Program-made: the position numbers and the translations under genes
In this document: in pieces, positions 33,635-43,621 of the stretch
Position numbering within the stretch: position 1 is the stretch's first letter
How the letters are laid out: each line of letters starts with the position of its first letter
Source of the DNA: an uncultured Bacilli bacterium
Lineage (GTDB): Bacteria; Bacillota_I; Bacilli_A; RF39; UBA660
DNA length: 64,000 nt
NCBI GenBank assembly: GCA_963931185.1
Contig: OZ006981.1
Location: forward strand, 79,311 to 143,310
Reading direction: 5' to 3'
The notes under the pieces: generated by a model
Databases searched by the model: none
Told to the model about the DNA's origin: nothing
The model's input: only the letters and a program-made list of their open reading frames with translations

Positions 33635-33711
33635 TGGTGGACCCTATAGGACTCGAACCTATGACCGCCCGGTTATGAGCCGGATGCTCTAACCAACTGA
33701 GCTAAGGGTCC
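33635..33711 (-). tRNA. tRNA-Met(CAU) (elongator Met or lysidine-modified Ile2; G1-C72 pair argues against initiator)
   Basis: GGACCCT acceptor, D-arm GCTCAGTTGGTTAGAGC, anticodon loop CTCATAA, T-arm GGTTCGAGTCC and 3' CCA. Confidence 0.85.
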
Positions 33712-33726
33712 AACAACTGACTAGTT

Positions 33727-33767
33727 AATATTAACACATTTTTTTCTATGATGCAAGTATAATATTT
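33727..33767 (-). promoter_or_regulatory. putative promoter of the tRNA pair (TTGCAT-17-TAATAT)
   Basis: Minus-strand -35/-10 hexamers about 13 nt upstream of the tRNA-Met 5' end. Confidence 0.3.
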
Positions 33768-33848
33768 AAATTTTATTATAAATATTGTACAAATAAAATT
33801 ATACAAAATAAAATTAAAAATGTTATAATAAAATTATGAGGTGAAATT

Positions 33849-34760
33849 ATGGCTAACGTAGTATTAAAAGTAAGTGAAACAACTCGTAAAAAAATGATTA
33901 AATATTATGAAGATAAAAAAAGAGAAAAAAAAATTCCCTACACTGTATTTCAAGCACAAGACCTAGACACTGTTATAACTATGTATGAATCAGGAAAAGT
34001 AATGTTCCAAGGTTCTAATGCTGATATTGATGCAAATATGTGGCGCGAAATAGATGGAAAATCAAAATCCAATAAAGAAAACGAAAAGAATTATGAAAAA
34101 TATTACTATTCATCTTCAATTGGATCAGATGAAGTAGGAACTGGGGACTATTTTGGACCAATAGTAGTCACAAGCACCTATGTTTCAAAAGATGATATAA
34201 CTTTTGTTGAAAGTTTAGGGATAAAAGATTCAAAAAAAATAGACGATAGTAAAATATTAAATATTGCACCAAAACTTATTACGAGAATCAAATACAAAAG
34301 TCTTATTATGAGTAACATTGAATATAATGAAAAATACAGAAATGATTATAATATAAACAAAATTAAAGCAATAATGCATAATAGAGTTCTTTGGCAAATG
34401 GTTAACGAAGAAAAAGTAAAATATGATTATATAATCGTTGATGAATTTGCTAGAGAAAATAGATATTATGAATATTTAAAAGGAAACCCTAATATACAAA
34501 AAAACATAACATTCATGACTAAAGCAGAAGATAAAAATTTAGCAGTAGCTTGTGCTTCAGTAATTAGTAGATATATATTTTTAAAAGAATTTGACAAAAT
34601 TTCTGATACATTACATATACCACTACCTAAAGGTGCCGGAAAAGAAGTTGATATTATTGGAAAAGAAATTATTCAAAAGTTTGGAAAAGAAAAACTTAAA
34701 GATATTGCTAAGCTTAATTTTAAAAATACAGAAAGAATATTAGATATTTTTACTTATTAA
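33849..34760 (+). CDS. rnhC: ribonuclease HIII
   Basis: N-terminal TBP-like domain plus catalytic domain with SDEVGTGDYFGPIVV and DSKKI motifs. Confidence 0.85.
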   Translation: MANVVLKVSETTRKKMIKYYEDKKREKKIPYTVFQAQDLDTVITMYESGKVMFQGSNADIDANMWREIDGKSKSNKENEKNYEKYYYSSSIGSDEVGTGDYFGPIVVTSTYVSKDDITFVESLGIKDSKKIDDSKILNIAPKLITRIKYKSLIMSNIEYNEKYRNDYNINKIKAIMHNRVLWQMVNEEKVKYDYIIVDEFARENRYYEYLKGNPNIQKNITFMTKAEDKNLAVACASVISRYIFLKEFDKISDTLHIPLPKGAGKEVDIIGKEIIQKFGKEKLKDIAKLNFKNTERILDIFTY

Positions 34761-34801
34761 AATTTCATAAAAAAAATGTGTAAGTTAACACATTTTTTTT
34801 A

Positions 34802-36004
34802 TTATTCTATTTTACTACCACATTCAGTACAAAATTTACCTCTTGCTATAGTTCCACATTTAGGACATTTTTTCTGGGCAATTTCAGGTGCTTTAGTTCC
34901 ACATTCATCACAAAATTTACCAGTTATTATATTACCACAATTAGCACACTTTACACCATTATTAACAGAAACTCCATTTTGATTTTGTTGATATGGATCT
35001 ACATTAATAGTTGAAGCTTTATTATTAACAAATGGAGTACCAATTGCACCACCTATCATTCCTCCACTTGCCATATTCATCATGCCAACCCCCATAAAGC
35101 CATTCATAGCACCAGACTCATTTTTTGCTGCATCTTGAACTGCATTTGAATAAGCTCCAACAAGGGTTCCTTGTTGCATATAAGAATTAGAAGAAAGTTC
35201 ATAATTATCAATTTTTTTAGATGATTCATCATCTAAAGTTACAGATTCAACAGCGAAACTAATTAATTGAACACCTCTATCTCTTATTGGTTTATCAAAA
35301 ATATTCTGATCCATTATTTTCTTAATCTCATCAGTATTACTTGGAAGTTCAAGCACTGGTACTTTATGAGCACTAGTACCTAATTCATTAAGAACATTTT
35401 GAAATGAAGAGATAACTTCTGCTCTCATCTGTTCTACTAATTCGTCTTTAGTTACAACATCTGCAATACCTGCATGGTTTCTCATAAATATCGCTGGATT
35501 AGAAATTTTAAAAGTATATTTACCATAACATCTTACCTGTACTCGCATCGGCGTAATAGAATTAGTCATTTGATTTGGAATTGGATGCGACCAGTCTTGA
35601 AATGGTATAGGACTAGACGTTCCAAATTTATTATCTTTTATTTCTTTAATATTAAAATAAAATACTGCCTGCTCTTTAGCTGGTATTCCACCATAAGTAA
35701 ATCTTTGCCACATTTCTTTAAAAACTGCGCCAAATTGTCCTGCAAAAAACGTAGGAGATGAAGATTGATCAAAATTATAAACGCCTTCTTCGGCTGTAGC
35801 ATCCAAAATACTACCAGAATCATAAATTACCGCAATTTGTCCAGGTGCAACAATAATTCTACTATCCTTTGAAATTTGGCCATTAGATGTAGTTTTTTTG
35901 ACCATCAATACATCATTTCCCATATCTTCGCAACTTATTAAATCTTTCCACTGATCACCAAATGTTCCCCCTATAGCTCCGATAGCTGCTTTAATTAAAC
36001 CCAT
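34802..36004 (-). CDS. SPFH/Band-7-like domain protein with C-terminal double zinc ribbon (COG4260-type)
   Basis: 400 aa with a Gly-rich linker and four C-terminal CxxC pairs (CANCGNIITGKFCDECG...CPKCGTIARGKFCTECG). Confidence 0.5.
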   Translation of the reverse strand: MGLIKAAIGAIGGTFGDQWKDLISCEDMGNDVLMVKKTTSNGQISKDSRIIVAPGQIAVIYDSGSILDATAEEGVYNFDQSSSPTFFAGQFGAVFKEMWQRFTYGGIPAKEQAVFYFNIKEIKDNKFGTSSPIPFQDWSHPIPNQMTNSITPMRVQVRCYGKYTFKISNPAIFMRNHAGIADVVTKDELVEQMRAEVISSFQNVLNELGTSAHKVPVLELPSNTDEIKKIMDQNIFDKPIRDRGVQLISFAVESVTLDDESSKKIDNYELSSNSYMQQGTLVGAYSNAVQDAAKNESGAMNGFMGVGMMNMASGGMIGGAIGTPFVNNKASTINVDPYQQNQNGVSVNNGVKCANCGNIITGKFCDECGTKAPEIAQKKCPKCGTIARGKFCTECGSKIE

Positions 36005-36077
36005 AAATCCTCCTATTAAATATAATATATATTAAAATTATAACATATTTTCTAATTTTTTATTTTTTTATTATTAA

Positions 36078-37058
36078 TCATCTTTCTAAAATGTAAGGAT
36101 TACTTGACGTTCCGTCACCACTAATAATTTTTATTGATGATTTTAAATATACAACTGGTATAACATTATCAGTTTCTGTAATTTCTTTTTTAGTTAATTT
36201 ATCACCAATTTTAAAATAATAAGCTTCCGCCTGTTCACCTTCTGATAAATTACTAGCATTCAAAACCCACCCCCCATAACTTGAAAGCCAACTTGAACAC
36301 GAAGTGCTATTTAATACATCACTACTACAAGCTAAATTTAAAGAAGCTCTTATATAATCACTAGCATTAAGTAATCCCACCGGTCCAGCACCATCTGTAC
36401 TAGAATATAGAACTTGTGACTCTTGATTTATCAACTCATCAAGAGTTGTAACAACATCATAAATTCTTCCTATCTTCCATGGTTTTTGATCAATTATCGA
36501 ATTATTTTGTAAACTATTATAAAAAACATTATTTAATTCATTATTTAAACTACTATTTTTCCATTCACTATTCCCTTCTGCATCCCATTTTAATGACTTT
36601 CCATACTTTGTATAAGCTATTTTTACTATACCACTAGCTTCTACTTCAACTATACGCCATACATCACCAGAATATTGAACATAATTATTAACAGATGTTC
36701 CTCTAAAAATCAAATCACCATTTGAATCTTCATATAAACCATTACCTGTAGTAACAACCTTATCTTTTAAAAATTCAATTAACCTAACTCCTTCCACAAT
36801 AGTATTATTTTTAACACCAATACAAGCATAATATGCCGTAGTATCACAATTATTATTTCCAGAAGAATAACAATTCTCCAACGCTATTTCTTCTTCAACG
36901 CACTTATTTAAATTCTCTTCTATTATTGAAGAATAATAATATGTTTCATCATTATTACTCTTTAATAAATTAAAAACTAATAATAAAATAACTATTATTA
37001 AAGATAAAGCACCATATAACATAGTAGAAAAAGCAAAGCCTTTGTTATTTAGTCTCAT
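36078..37058 (-). CDS. N-terminally anchored extracellular protein (prepilin-like hydrophobic N-terminus KGFAFSTML without Glu+5)
   Basis: Single N-terminal TM followed by a Ser/Asn/Cys-rich extracellular domain. Confidence 0.4.
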   Translation of the reverse strand: MRLNNKGFAFSTMLYGALSLIIVILLLVFNLLKSNNDETYYYSSIIEENLNKCVEEEIALENCYSSGNNNCDTTAYYACIGVKNNTIVEGVRLIEFLKDKVVTTGNGLYEDSNGDLIFRGTSVNNYVQYSGDVWRIVEVEASGIVKIAYTKYGKSLKWDAEGNSEWKNSSLNNELNNVFYNSLQNNSIIDQKPWKIGRIYDVVTTLDELINQESQVLYSSTDGAGPVGLLNASDYIRASLNLACSSDVLNSTSCSSWLSSYGGWVLNASNLSEGEQAEAYYFKIGDKLTKKEITETDNVIPVVYLKSSIKIISGDGTSSNPYILER

Positions 37059-37105
37059 AACATCACCTATCATAATTATACACTGAAACAAAAATTAATT
37101 AAAGA

Positions 37106-37666
37106 TTATTTTTCATATTTATATATAACTATATATTTATCACCATATTTCTTTTCTTTAATCTTCTTATAGCAATCAATATTTAAATATAAACTATCCA
37201 CTTCACAAACAATAATACCATTTATTTTTAATAAATTATTTTCTTTAATATACACAATTATATTATTTTCAATCTTATCGTTATATGGTGGATCCAAAAA
37301 AACAACATCAAAAGAAATATTATTTTTTTTAAAAATTTCTAAAGCACTAATATAATTTTCGCTCATTACTATTGCTTTTTCATTAATATTAAATTCATCT
37401 ATCATCTTTTTGATATTTAGAATACATTTCTTATTAATATCATTGAAATAGCATAGCTGAGCGCCATTACTTATAGCCTCAAATCCTAAATTTCCAGTGC
37501 CGGCAAATAAATCTAATACTATTTTATTTTTAATATCATTTTGAATCATTCCAAATAATGATTCTTTTACTCTATCCATAGTTGGTCTAGTTCCAACTAT
37601 TTCATAACCACTTATTTTCCTGCCTTTTAAAAATCCACTAATTATTTTCATAAATCTCCTTAACAA
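37106..37666 (-). CDS. rsmD: 16S rRNA (guanine966-N2)-methyltransferase RsmD
   Basis: DLFAGTGNLGFEAISNGA SAM-binding motif and the DPPY catalytic motif. Confidence 0.8.
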   Translation of the reverse strand: MLRRFMKIISGFLKGRKISGYEIVGTRPTMDRVKESLFGMIQNDIKNKIVLDLFAGTGNLGFEAISNGAQLCYFNDINKKCILNIKKMIDEFNINEKAIVMSENYISALEIFKKNNISFDVVFLDPPYNDKIENNIIVYIKENNLLKINGIIVCEVDSLYLNIDCYKKIKEKKYGDKYIVIYKYEK

Positions 37667-37681
37667 AATATTTCATTATTA

Positions 37682-39928
37682 TTAATAATTCTTTCTAATT
37701 TGTCTTATAATATTTAAAATATCTTTTTCTTTTTCATCAAACAACTCAATTCGATAATTATTAATCCCTAACGTTTTGTATTGATTAATGTCAGAAATTG
37801 AATTAATGTTTTTATAATGCAATATACTAGTCATATTATTCTTACTTACAAGCGGATACATATTACCATATTGATCTTTTAAACAATAATTACCTTCGAT
37901 CATACATTTTGAAGAAACTTCAATATCACTATTTTCTAACATATTAATTGGACAATATTTAGTAATCATTAATTCTATTCTTCCATAAATAATTATTTCT
38001 GTTTTATCAAGATTTTCATTAAAATGTGAAAGATTATCAATTGTATTTTCTACTGATAAAGTTACTAATTTTACACCTTTTTCTAACATACAATTTAAAC
38101 TTTCATTATTGACAACATTTAAGTAATAATCACTTACAACATTATTATTATGAGCATATTTCTCTATAGCACCAGTTTCAGTTGCTAAAATATTATCATT
38201 AATAAAATCTATATATTTGTTTTCAACTCTTTCTGTTCGATAAAAAATATTTTTTCTCTCTTTGTACTTTTTATATAAATCTAAATTATCAGTATATATA
38301 TTATTTACTTTTTCTCTTAACACAACTTTTAACTGTTCCTCGTTTCTAACTAAAGCATTTATTTTTAAAGTATTATCATTTATTATAAACCTTTCTCCTT
38401 TTGAAATATAACTTTCTTTTTTAAAAATAGTAGGAGCATAATATTCTCTTTTTTCTATTAATTTATTAATAGCAGAACGTCTTAATTCGTTCAAAGATTT
38501 TATTGAAATAAAAATATTATTATCTTTATCTAATTTAATACTATTACATTCAAATGGTGTATTTCCTAATTTAGTTATTTGTTCTTTTATTCTCTCATCA
38601 GAAATTGGACTACTTATTGCAACTTGAACAATATCACCATACACAACAACTCTATTATTATCATCAGAAATTTCCAATTCTAAAGGCAAATTAAGCTTAG
38701 CAACTAATTTTATAGCAACCTTAATTTTCTTTTCTTTAACTTTTCTTATCTCCTTAATTAAATTACTATCAATAGTCTTCCTTACCACTTTTCCTTTTAA
38801 TAAATTAATTTTATTATCTATTATTGCAATATTTTTTGAATGAACAACAGAAACTAACTTTTTATTAGCATCATAAAGCTTGTTAACAATCATTCCCATA
38901 TCATTATCAAATCTTATTCCATCTTCCTGATATAAATCATCATCCAATAAAATTTTTATTATTTTTCTATCAACATAAATTACCTTTCCAAGAAATGTTC
39001 CTATATGATTAGAAGTTTTAATATTCATTAATTCTCTTCCTTTTTTTTCAAAAAGATAACCTAATGTAAATTCTCTGTTATAAAGCTTTTTCAAATTGTT
39101 TTTTTCATTTAAAGATACATTAACATTATTATTGTTATAATATTCATCTATTTTTTGGCGATATAGTCTAGTAACATATCCAACATACTCTGGGCTTTTC
39201 ATCCTTCCCTCAATTTTAAATGATTCAATCCCACTTTCTATTAATTTATCAATTTCATCAATGGTACATAATGATCTGGTGCTCAACAAATATTTACCTT
39301 CAACTTTTAATTCCTTGCCATCTTTACATAATTTATATGGTAGGCGGCAAGAACCAACGCATTCTCCACGATTACCGCTTCTTCCACCATTCATGCTACT
39401 AAAAAGACAACATCCAGAATAACAAACACACAAAGCACCATGTACAAAAACTTCTTTTTCAATATTGACATTTATTTTTTTAATCTCATCCAATGACATT
39501 TCCCTTGCTAATACAACACGTGATATTCCTAAATCTTTCAAGAATTTAATTGATTCATTATTATGGTTATGACACTGAGTAGAAGCATGAAGTTCCAAAT
39601 TAGGGAATACTTTTTTCAATAATTTAATTAATCCTAAATCTTGTACAATTAAAGCATCAACATTATTTTCATGTAAAAACTCAACATATTTTATAACCTC
39701 ATTAACTTCTTCTTCAAAAATTATTGTATTAACAGTTATATAAACTTTAACACCATATAAATGACAATATTTGATAGCTTGAATTATTTCATTATAATCA
39801 AAGTTATCAGCATATTTTCTAGCTCCAAATCTTTTACCTCCAAAATATACAGCATCAGCTCCGTTATGAACTGCCTGATATAATGTTTTCATATTACCTA
39901 CAGGACTTAATAACTCAACTTTCCTCAT
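37682..39928 (-). CDS. U32 family peptidase (collagenase-like) with C-terminal DUF3656-like extension
   Basis: MRKVELLSPVGNMKTLYQAVHNGADAVYFGG...the U32 signature, plus a Cys cluster. Start chosen at the internal Met with a GGTGA RBS. Confidence 0.8.
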   Translation of the reverse strand: MRKVELLSPVGNMKTLYQAVHNGADAVYFGGKRFGARKYADNFDYNEIIQAIKYCHLYGVKVYITVNTIIFEEEVNEVIKYVEFLHENNVDALIVQDLGLIKLLKKVFPNLELHASTQCHNHNNESIKFLKDLGISRVVLAREMSLDEIKKINVNIEKEVFVHGALCVCYSGCCLFSSMNGGRSGNRGECVGSCRLPYKLCKDGKELKVEGKYLLSTRSLCTIDEIDKLIESGIESFKIEGRMKSPEYVGYVTRLYRQKIDEYYNNNNVNVSLNEKNNLKKLYNREFTLGYLFEKKGRELMNIKTSNHIGTFLGKVIYVDRKIIKILLDDDLYQEDGIRFDNDMGMIVNKLYDANKKLVSVVHSKNIAIIDNKINLLKGKVVRKTIDSNLIKEIRKVKEKKIKVAIKLVAKLNLPLELEISDDNNRVVVYGDIVQVAISSPISDERIKEQITKLGNTPFECNSIKLDKDNNIFISIKSLNELRRSAINKLIEKREYYAPTIFKKESYISKGERFIINDNTLKINALVRNEEQLKVVLREKVNNIYTDNLDLYKKYKERKNIFYRTERVENKYIDFINDNILATETGAIEKYAHNNNVVSDYYLNVVNNESLNCMLEKGVKLVTLSVENTIDNLSHFNENLDKTEIIIYGRIELMITKYCPINMLENSDIEVSSKCMIEGNYCLKDQYGNMYPLVSKNNMTSILHYKNINSISDINQYKTLGINNYRIELFDEKEKDILNIIRQIRKNY

Positions 39929-40024
39929 AAAATCACCAATAAAATTATAACATAAAAAAAGAATGAAATAAATTTCATTCGCCAACCTCTTTGAGGTTGT
40001 TTTAATTTGTAATATAATATTATT

Positions 40025-41185
40025 ATGATAATAGATACTTTTAAAACCGAAAAAGAGTTAAGAATTAAATATCCTAAAAATAAACATTTCAAGCTAAAAG
40101 ATGTTTTTATTTCTTATTGGGATAATTTTGTTAAATTTGCTGAATATAAAAATTTATATATTAGACCTGTTGTTTTTAGGGATGTCAAAAGAATGATGAT
40201 TTGTAATTCTCCTAAACTTGGTACTTCTGTTTTTAAATGTCCTAGTTGTGGTAATTATAAATTTGTTTATCATACTTGCAAATCTAGATTCTGTAACTCT
40301 TGTGGTATTAAATATTCTAAACAACGTTCTTTATCTATCGAATCAAAATTAATTTCTTCAACCCACAGACATCTTGTTTTTACTATTTCTGATATTCTTT
40401 GGCCTCTTTTTTTAGAAAAACGTTCTAGACTTAATCTTTTATTTGATGCTGTTTCTTCTACTCTTAACTCTTGGTATAAATCTCAACACAAATCTTTAAA
40501 TCTTAAACCTGGTTTTGTACTTACCATTCATACTTTTGGTAGAGATGACAAATGGAATGTTCACATTCATTGTCTTTTATCTGAAGTTGCTTTAGGTAAT
40601 GTCTTTTCTAAAAAATTAGATTTTATTCCTTTTGATATGCTTAGAAAACGTTTTCAAAAAATTTTATTAGATTTATTAGAAAAAGATATTGGTAAATCTA
40701 ATTTTAGATATGTTAAAAATTTTATTTATTCTAAATATGATAATGGTTTTTATGTTAGGGCTAAAAAGAATGAATTCCCTAACTCTAAAAAAGCTATTTC
40801 TTACATTTTAAGATATTGTGGTAGACCTTGCTTCGCTTCCTATCGTATAATTGATATTGATGAGAATGATTTCATCTCTTTCTTTTATCAAAGGCACGAG
40901 GATGATCTATTTGTTATCGAAAAAATTCATATTTTCGAATTCATAGCTAGGTTAATTAGACATATACCTGATCCACAATTTAAAACTATTAGATATTATG
41001 GATTTTATGCTTCCAAACATCACAAACTTTATGAAAAATGTCAGAGATTAATTTCTAAAGAAAAACTTCCTTTTTATTCTTCTCTTAATAAATGGAGAAT
41101 GCTCCTTTTAATTTCTTTTAAAAAAGATCCTTTAGTTTGTGATGTTTGTAATACTGTTATGGAATTCGATTATGGATTTACTTAG
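40025..41185 (+). CDS. IS91-family transposase (Zn-binding N-domain + Y2 HUH domain)
   Basis: N-terminal CPSCG...HTCKSRFCNSCG zinc domain, HUH region LTIHTFGRDDKWNVHIHCLL (IS91 consensus HTWG...HPHLHCL), tyrosine motif LRYCGRPCFASYRI and a C-terminal CDVC. Confidence 0.6.
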   Translation: MIIDTFKTEKELRIKYPKNKHFKLKDVFISYWDNFVKFAEYKNLYIRPVVFRDVKRMMICNSPKLGTSVFKCPSCGNYKFVYHTCKSRFCNSCGIKYSKQRSLSIESKLISSTHRHLVFTISDILWPLFLEKRSRLNLLFDAVSSTLNSWYKSQHKSLNLKPGFVLTIHTFGRDDKWNVHIHCLLSEVALGNVFSKKLDFIPFDMLRKRFQKILLDLLEKDIGKSNFRYVKNFIYSKYDNGFYVRAKKNEFPNSKKAISYILRYCGRPCFASYRIIDIDENDFISFFYQRHEDDLFVIEKIHIFEFIARLIRHIPDPQFKTIRYYGFYASKHHKLYEKCQRLISKEKLPFYSSLNKWRMLLLISFKKDPLVCDVCNTVMEFDYGFT

Positions 41186-41197
41186 AAAGGATTTATT

Positions 41198-41413
41198 ATG
41201 AAAAAAAACAAAAGTGAAATTGAATTTATTTGTCCATTATGTAAAACTATAGAAAGGATTCCCACCGAAATTGTAGAAATGCTTGATTATGCAGACCAAA
41301 TTGGAGTTGATACTTCCGTTCCTCCTAGATTTGATTGTGAAAACTGTACTGGAAAAATGGTTCCTATCTACTATGTTGGTGCTAACGGTAAAATTTTTGA
41401 ATATAAAAAATAA
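41198..41413 (+). CDS. small zinc-ribbon protein (CPLC...CENC), function unknown
   Basis: 71-aa ORF 12 nt after the transposase stop, with two CxxC pairs. Confidence 0.4.
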   Translation: MKKNKSEIEFICPLCKTIERIPTEIVEMLDYADQIGVDTSVPPRFDCENCTGKMVPIYYVGANGKIFEYKK

Positions 41414-41428
41414 GGTTTGTTATTAGTA

Positions 41429-41467
41429 AATACCAGCCATGTTTTTACATGCCTGGTATTTTTTTAT
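41429..41467 (+). terminator. rho-independent terminator
   Basis: ataccagcc...gcctggtat stem followed by TTTTTTT. Confidence 0.5.
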
Positions 41468-41546
41468 TGTTCTTTTTTTATTATTTTTCTATAGTTTGAA
41501 CTTTCCTATAAGATAAAAAAATAAAATATAGATTAAAACCTATATT

Positions 41547-41768
41547 TTATCTAAATACTTCTAATAAACTTCTAATCATGTTTATTTTTTGTCCAACCAT
41601 ATCTATTTTATCTTTTGTAGTAATTTTATATTCCTCTTTCATTTTCGAAATCATCTCATTTACTCTATTATTATCACGCAATAAAATTTTATACCAATAG
41701 GAATGATACTTAAGGTATTGGTATAATAACGGATTTTCTCTTATTTTTAAAATAGTTTCATTAATCAT
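41547..41768 (-). CDS. hypothetical small protein (73 aa)
   Basis: Overlaps the upstream 125-aa ORF by 8 nt, suggesting a translationally coupled pair. Confidence 0.4.
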   Translation of the reverse strand: MINETILKIRENPLLYQYLKYHSYWYKILLRDNNRVNEMISKMKEEYKITTKDKIDMVGQKINMIRSLLEVFR

Positions 41769-42090
41769 CTAAATCTCCAAAAACAGGACTTTTCTCATAT
41801 GGCTGTTTATAGTCTTCTTTACTTCCAATCTGTTGAACTAATGAAATAGTTTTTTGAAGTCCATCTACAACTTTTCTAACAGATTCTAAATTAACATTCT
41901 TAATTAATGACACCAACTCATCAATTGAAGAATCCCTATTATCTAAATACTTTCTCCATACCCTTTCATCTTCTCCATATAAAGAATATACTTCATATAA
42001 ATTTTGCCATCTATCATTATTTTTTCTTACATAATCAACTAAACTAGGATTAGCTTTAACAAATCTAATAAAATCTTCTTTAGACATATT
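41761..42090 (-). CDS. hypothetical small protein (about 110 aa from MSKEDFIRF start)
   Basis: ORF 41761..42138 with a probable internal start. Trp/Tyr-rich helical protein. Confidence 0.4.
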   Translation of the reverse strand, partial: NMSKEDFIRFVKANPSLVDYVRKNNDRWQNLYEVYSLYGEDERVWRKYLDNRDSSIDELVSLIKNVNLESVRKVVDGLQKTISLVQQIGSKEDYKQPYEKSPVFGDLDD

Positions 42091-42159
42091 ACACCTACCT
42101 AATAAATAATATGCATTATTATAAATAGATGAACACAATAATAAAATTTTTTAACTATA

Positions 42160-42594
42160 TTACTTTTCTCTAAAAACAAATAACTTACTAAAAACGTAAT
42201 TTAAAATCATTATTATTATCTGAACAATTATCTTAGCTAATTTATCTTTAATATTTAAAAAGTCAACCAAAATAAACATAATAGCGATTTCTGAAAGCAA
42301 TGAAAGAACTCTAGAACCAGTAAATTCAAAAAATTCTCTACATATATTTTTTTCTTTACTATGAAATACATACTTACGATTAGTAATGTAGGCAAAAGAA
42401 ACTGCAGCTATCCACGACAAAATTGTGCATAGCACATAATTCTGTAAAAAAATTCGAAAAAAATAATAACTCAAAATACTAACAATTGTAGTAAAACCGC
42501 CAACAATAACATAATTCACAATTTCTTTATATTTTTTGTTTAAATTAGTATACTTTTCTAAAATAAATATACTGAAAATTATTATACTAAGCAT
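42160..42594 (-). CDS. GtrA-family membrane protein
   Basis: 144 aa with 4 TM helices and GtrA-like size and topology. Confidence 0.55.
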   Translation of the reverse strand: MLSIIIFSIFILEKYTNLNKKYKEIVNYVIVGGFTTIVSILSYYFFRIFLQNYVLCTILSWIAAVSFAYITNRKYVFHSKEKNICREFFEFTGSRVLSLLSEIAIMFILVDFLNIKDKLAKIIVQIIIMILNYVFSKLFVFREK

Positions 42595-42622
42595 ATTAAA
42601 CTCCTTACAGATGTTAACCCAA

Positions 42623-43570
42623 CTATTTTTTAGATATTAAATATTTAAATATATCTAGTGACAATAATATTGTATCATGTCGTAAATAATTATTTTCAAT
42701 TGCAACATAATTATTAGAAATAATACAAACATCATGTATGTGTTTCTTATCTAAAATAACAGGATCTTTTTGTTCTAAAGTCTCATATTTTTTTCGCATT
42801 TCTTCGCTTATTTTCCCATCGTTTGCTACAACTACATCTATTTTTCTTTTCCCTAAATACTGATTAATTATATTAACATGATCACTTACCATCAAGCCAT
42901 CCGTTTCTCCTGGTTGAGTCATAATATTACAAGTATACATAATTGGAGTATCTATTTCTTCCAATAAATCTACAATTTCTTTGCATAAAAGATTAGGTAT
43001 AATACTTGTATAAATACTTCCCATACTAAGAATAACTAAATCCGATTTTCTAATTTCATCTAACACAGCATAATTTATTTTTGGCTTTTCCAAATAATAT
43101 ACCTTTTTAATTTTTTTACCACATTCCGTAATATTATGTTCACCTTCAACTATTTCCCCATCTGTCATTTTTGCTACTAAGGTAACATTATCTTCAGTTA
43201 AAGGTAAAATTTTACCATGCAAATTTAATATCTTACTTATAGCCTCAATCCCATCAGACATATTACCAGTCATATTTCCCATGGCCGTAAGTAGCAAATT
43301 ACCAACAGTATGTCCATTTAAATCACTAGTAGTATTAAAACGATAATTTAATAACTGTTCAACTAATGGTTCTGTTTCTGATAATGAAACTAAAACTTTT
43401 CTAATATCACCAACAGCAGGAATATTAAATTCGCGTCTTAGACGGCCGGTACTTTTACCATCATCACAAACTGAAACAACTGCGGTTATATCAACTGGGA
43501 ATTCTTTTAATCCACGAAGCAAAGAACTCATGCCCGTTCCACCACCTAAAACAACTACTTTTTTCCTCAT
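42623..43570 (-). CDS. YvcK/UPF0052 (CofD-like) family protein
   Basis: MRKKVVVLGGGTGMSSLLRGLKEFPVDITAVVSVCDDGKSTGRLRREF is the hallmark N-terminus of gluconeogenesis factor YvcK. Confidence 0.75.
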   Translation of the reverse strand: MRKKVVVLGGGTGMSSLLRGLKEFPVDITAVVSVCDDGKSTGRLRREFNIPAVGDIRKVLVSLSETEPLVEQLLNYRFNTTSDLNGHTVGNLLLTAMGNMTGNMSDGIEAISKILNLHGKILPLTEDNVTLVAKMTDGEIVEGEHNITECGKKIKKVYYLEKPKINYAVLDEIRKSDLVILSMGSIYTSIIPNLLCKEIVDLLEEIDTPIMYTCNIMTQPGETDGLMVSDHVNIINQYLGKRKIDVVVANDGKISEEMRKKYETLEQKDPVILDKKHIHDVCIISNNYVAIENNYLRHDTILLSLDIFKYLISKK

Positions 43571-43621
43571 AAAATCACCTCTAATAAATTATATTGTTAA
43601 TATAACAAGTACTCAAAAATA

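Larger units (their letters stand above)
39990..41470 (+). mobile_element. IS91-family (HUH Y2 rolling-circle) insertion sequence-like element; ends not defined
   Basis: It encodes a Y2 transposase plus a small zinc-ribbon ORF. It is bounded by a hairpin at 39995-40015 and a hairpin terminator at 41429-41467. IS91-type elements lack inverted repeats, so the boundaries are approximate. Confidence 0.45.

Noticed and set aside
36078-37091. Type IV prepilin/pseudopilin (ComG-like) call for the KGFAFSTML N-terminus
   Set aside because: It lacks the conserved Glu at +5 after the Gly cleavage site, and no pilus assembly genes are nearby.
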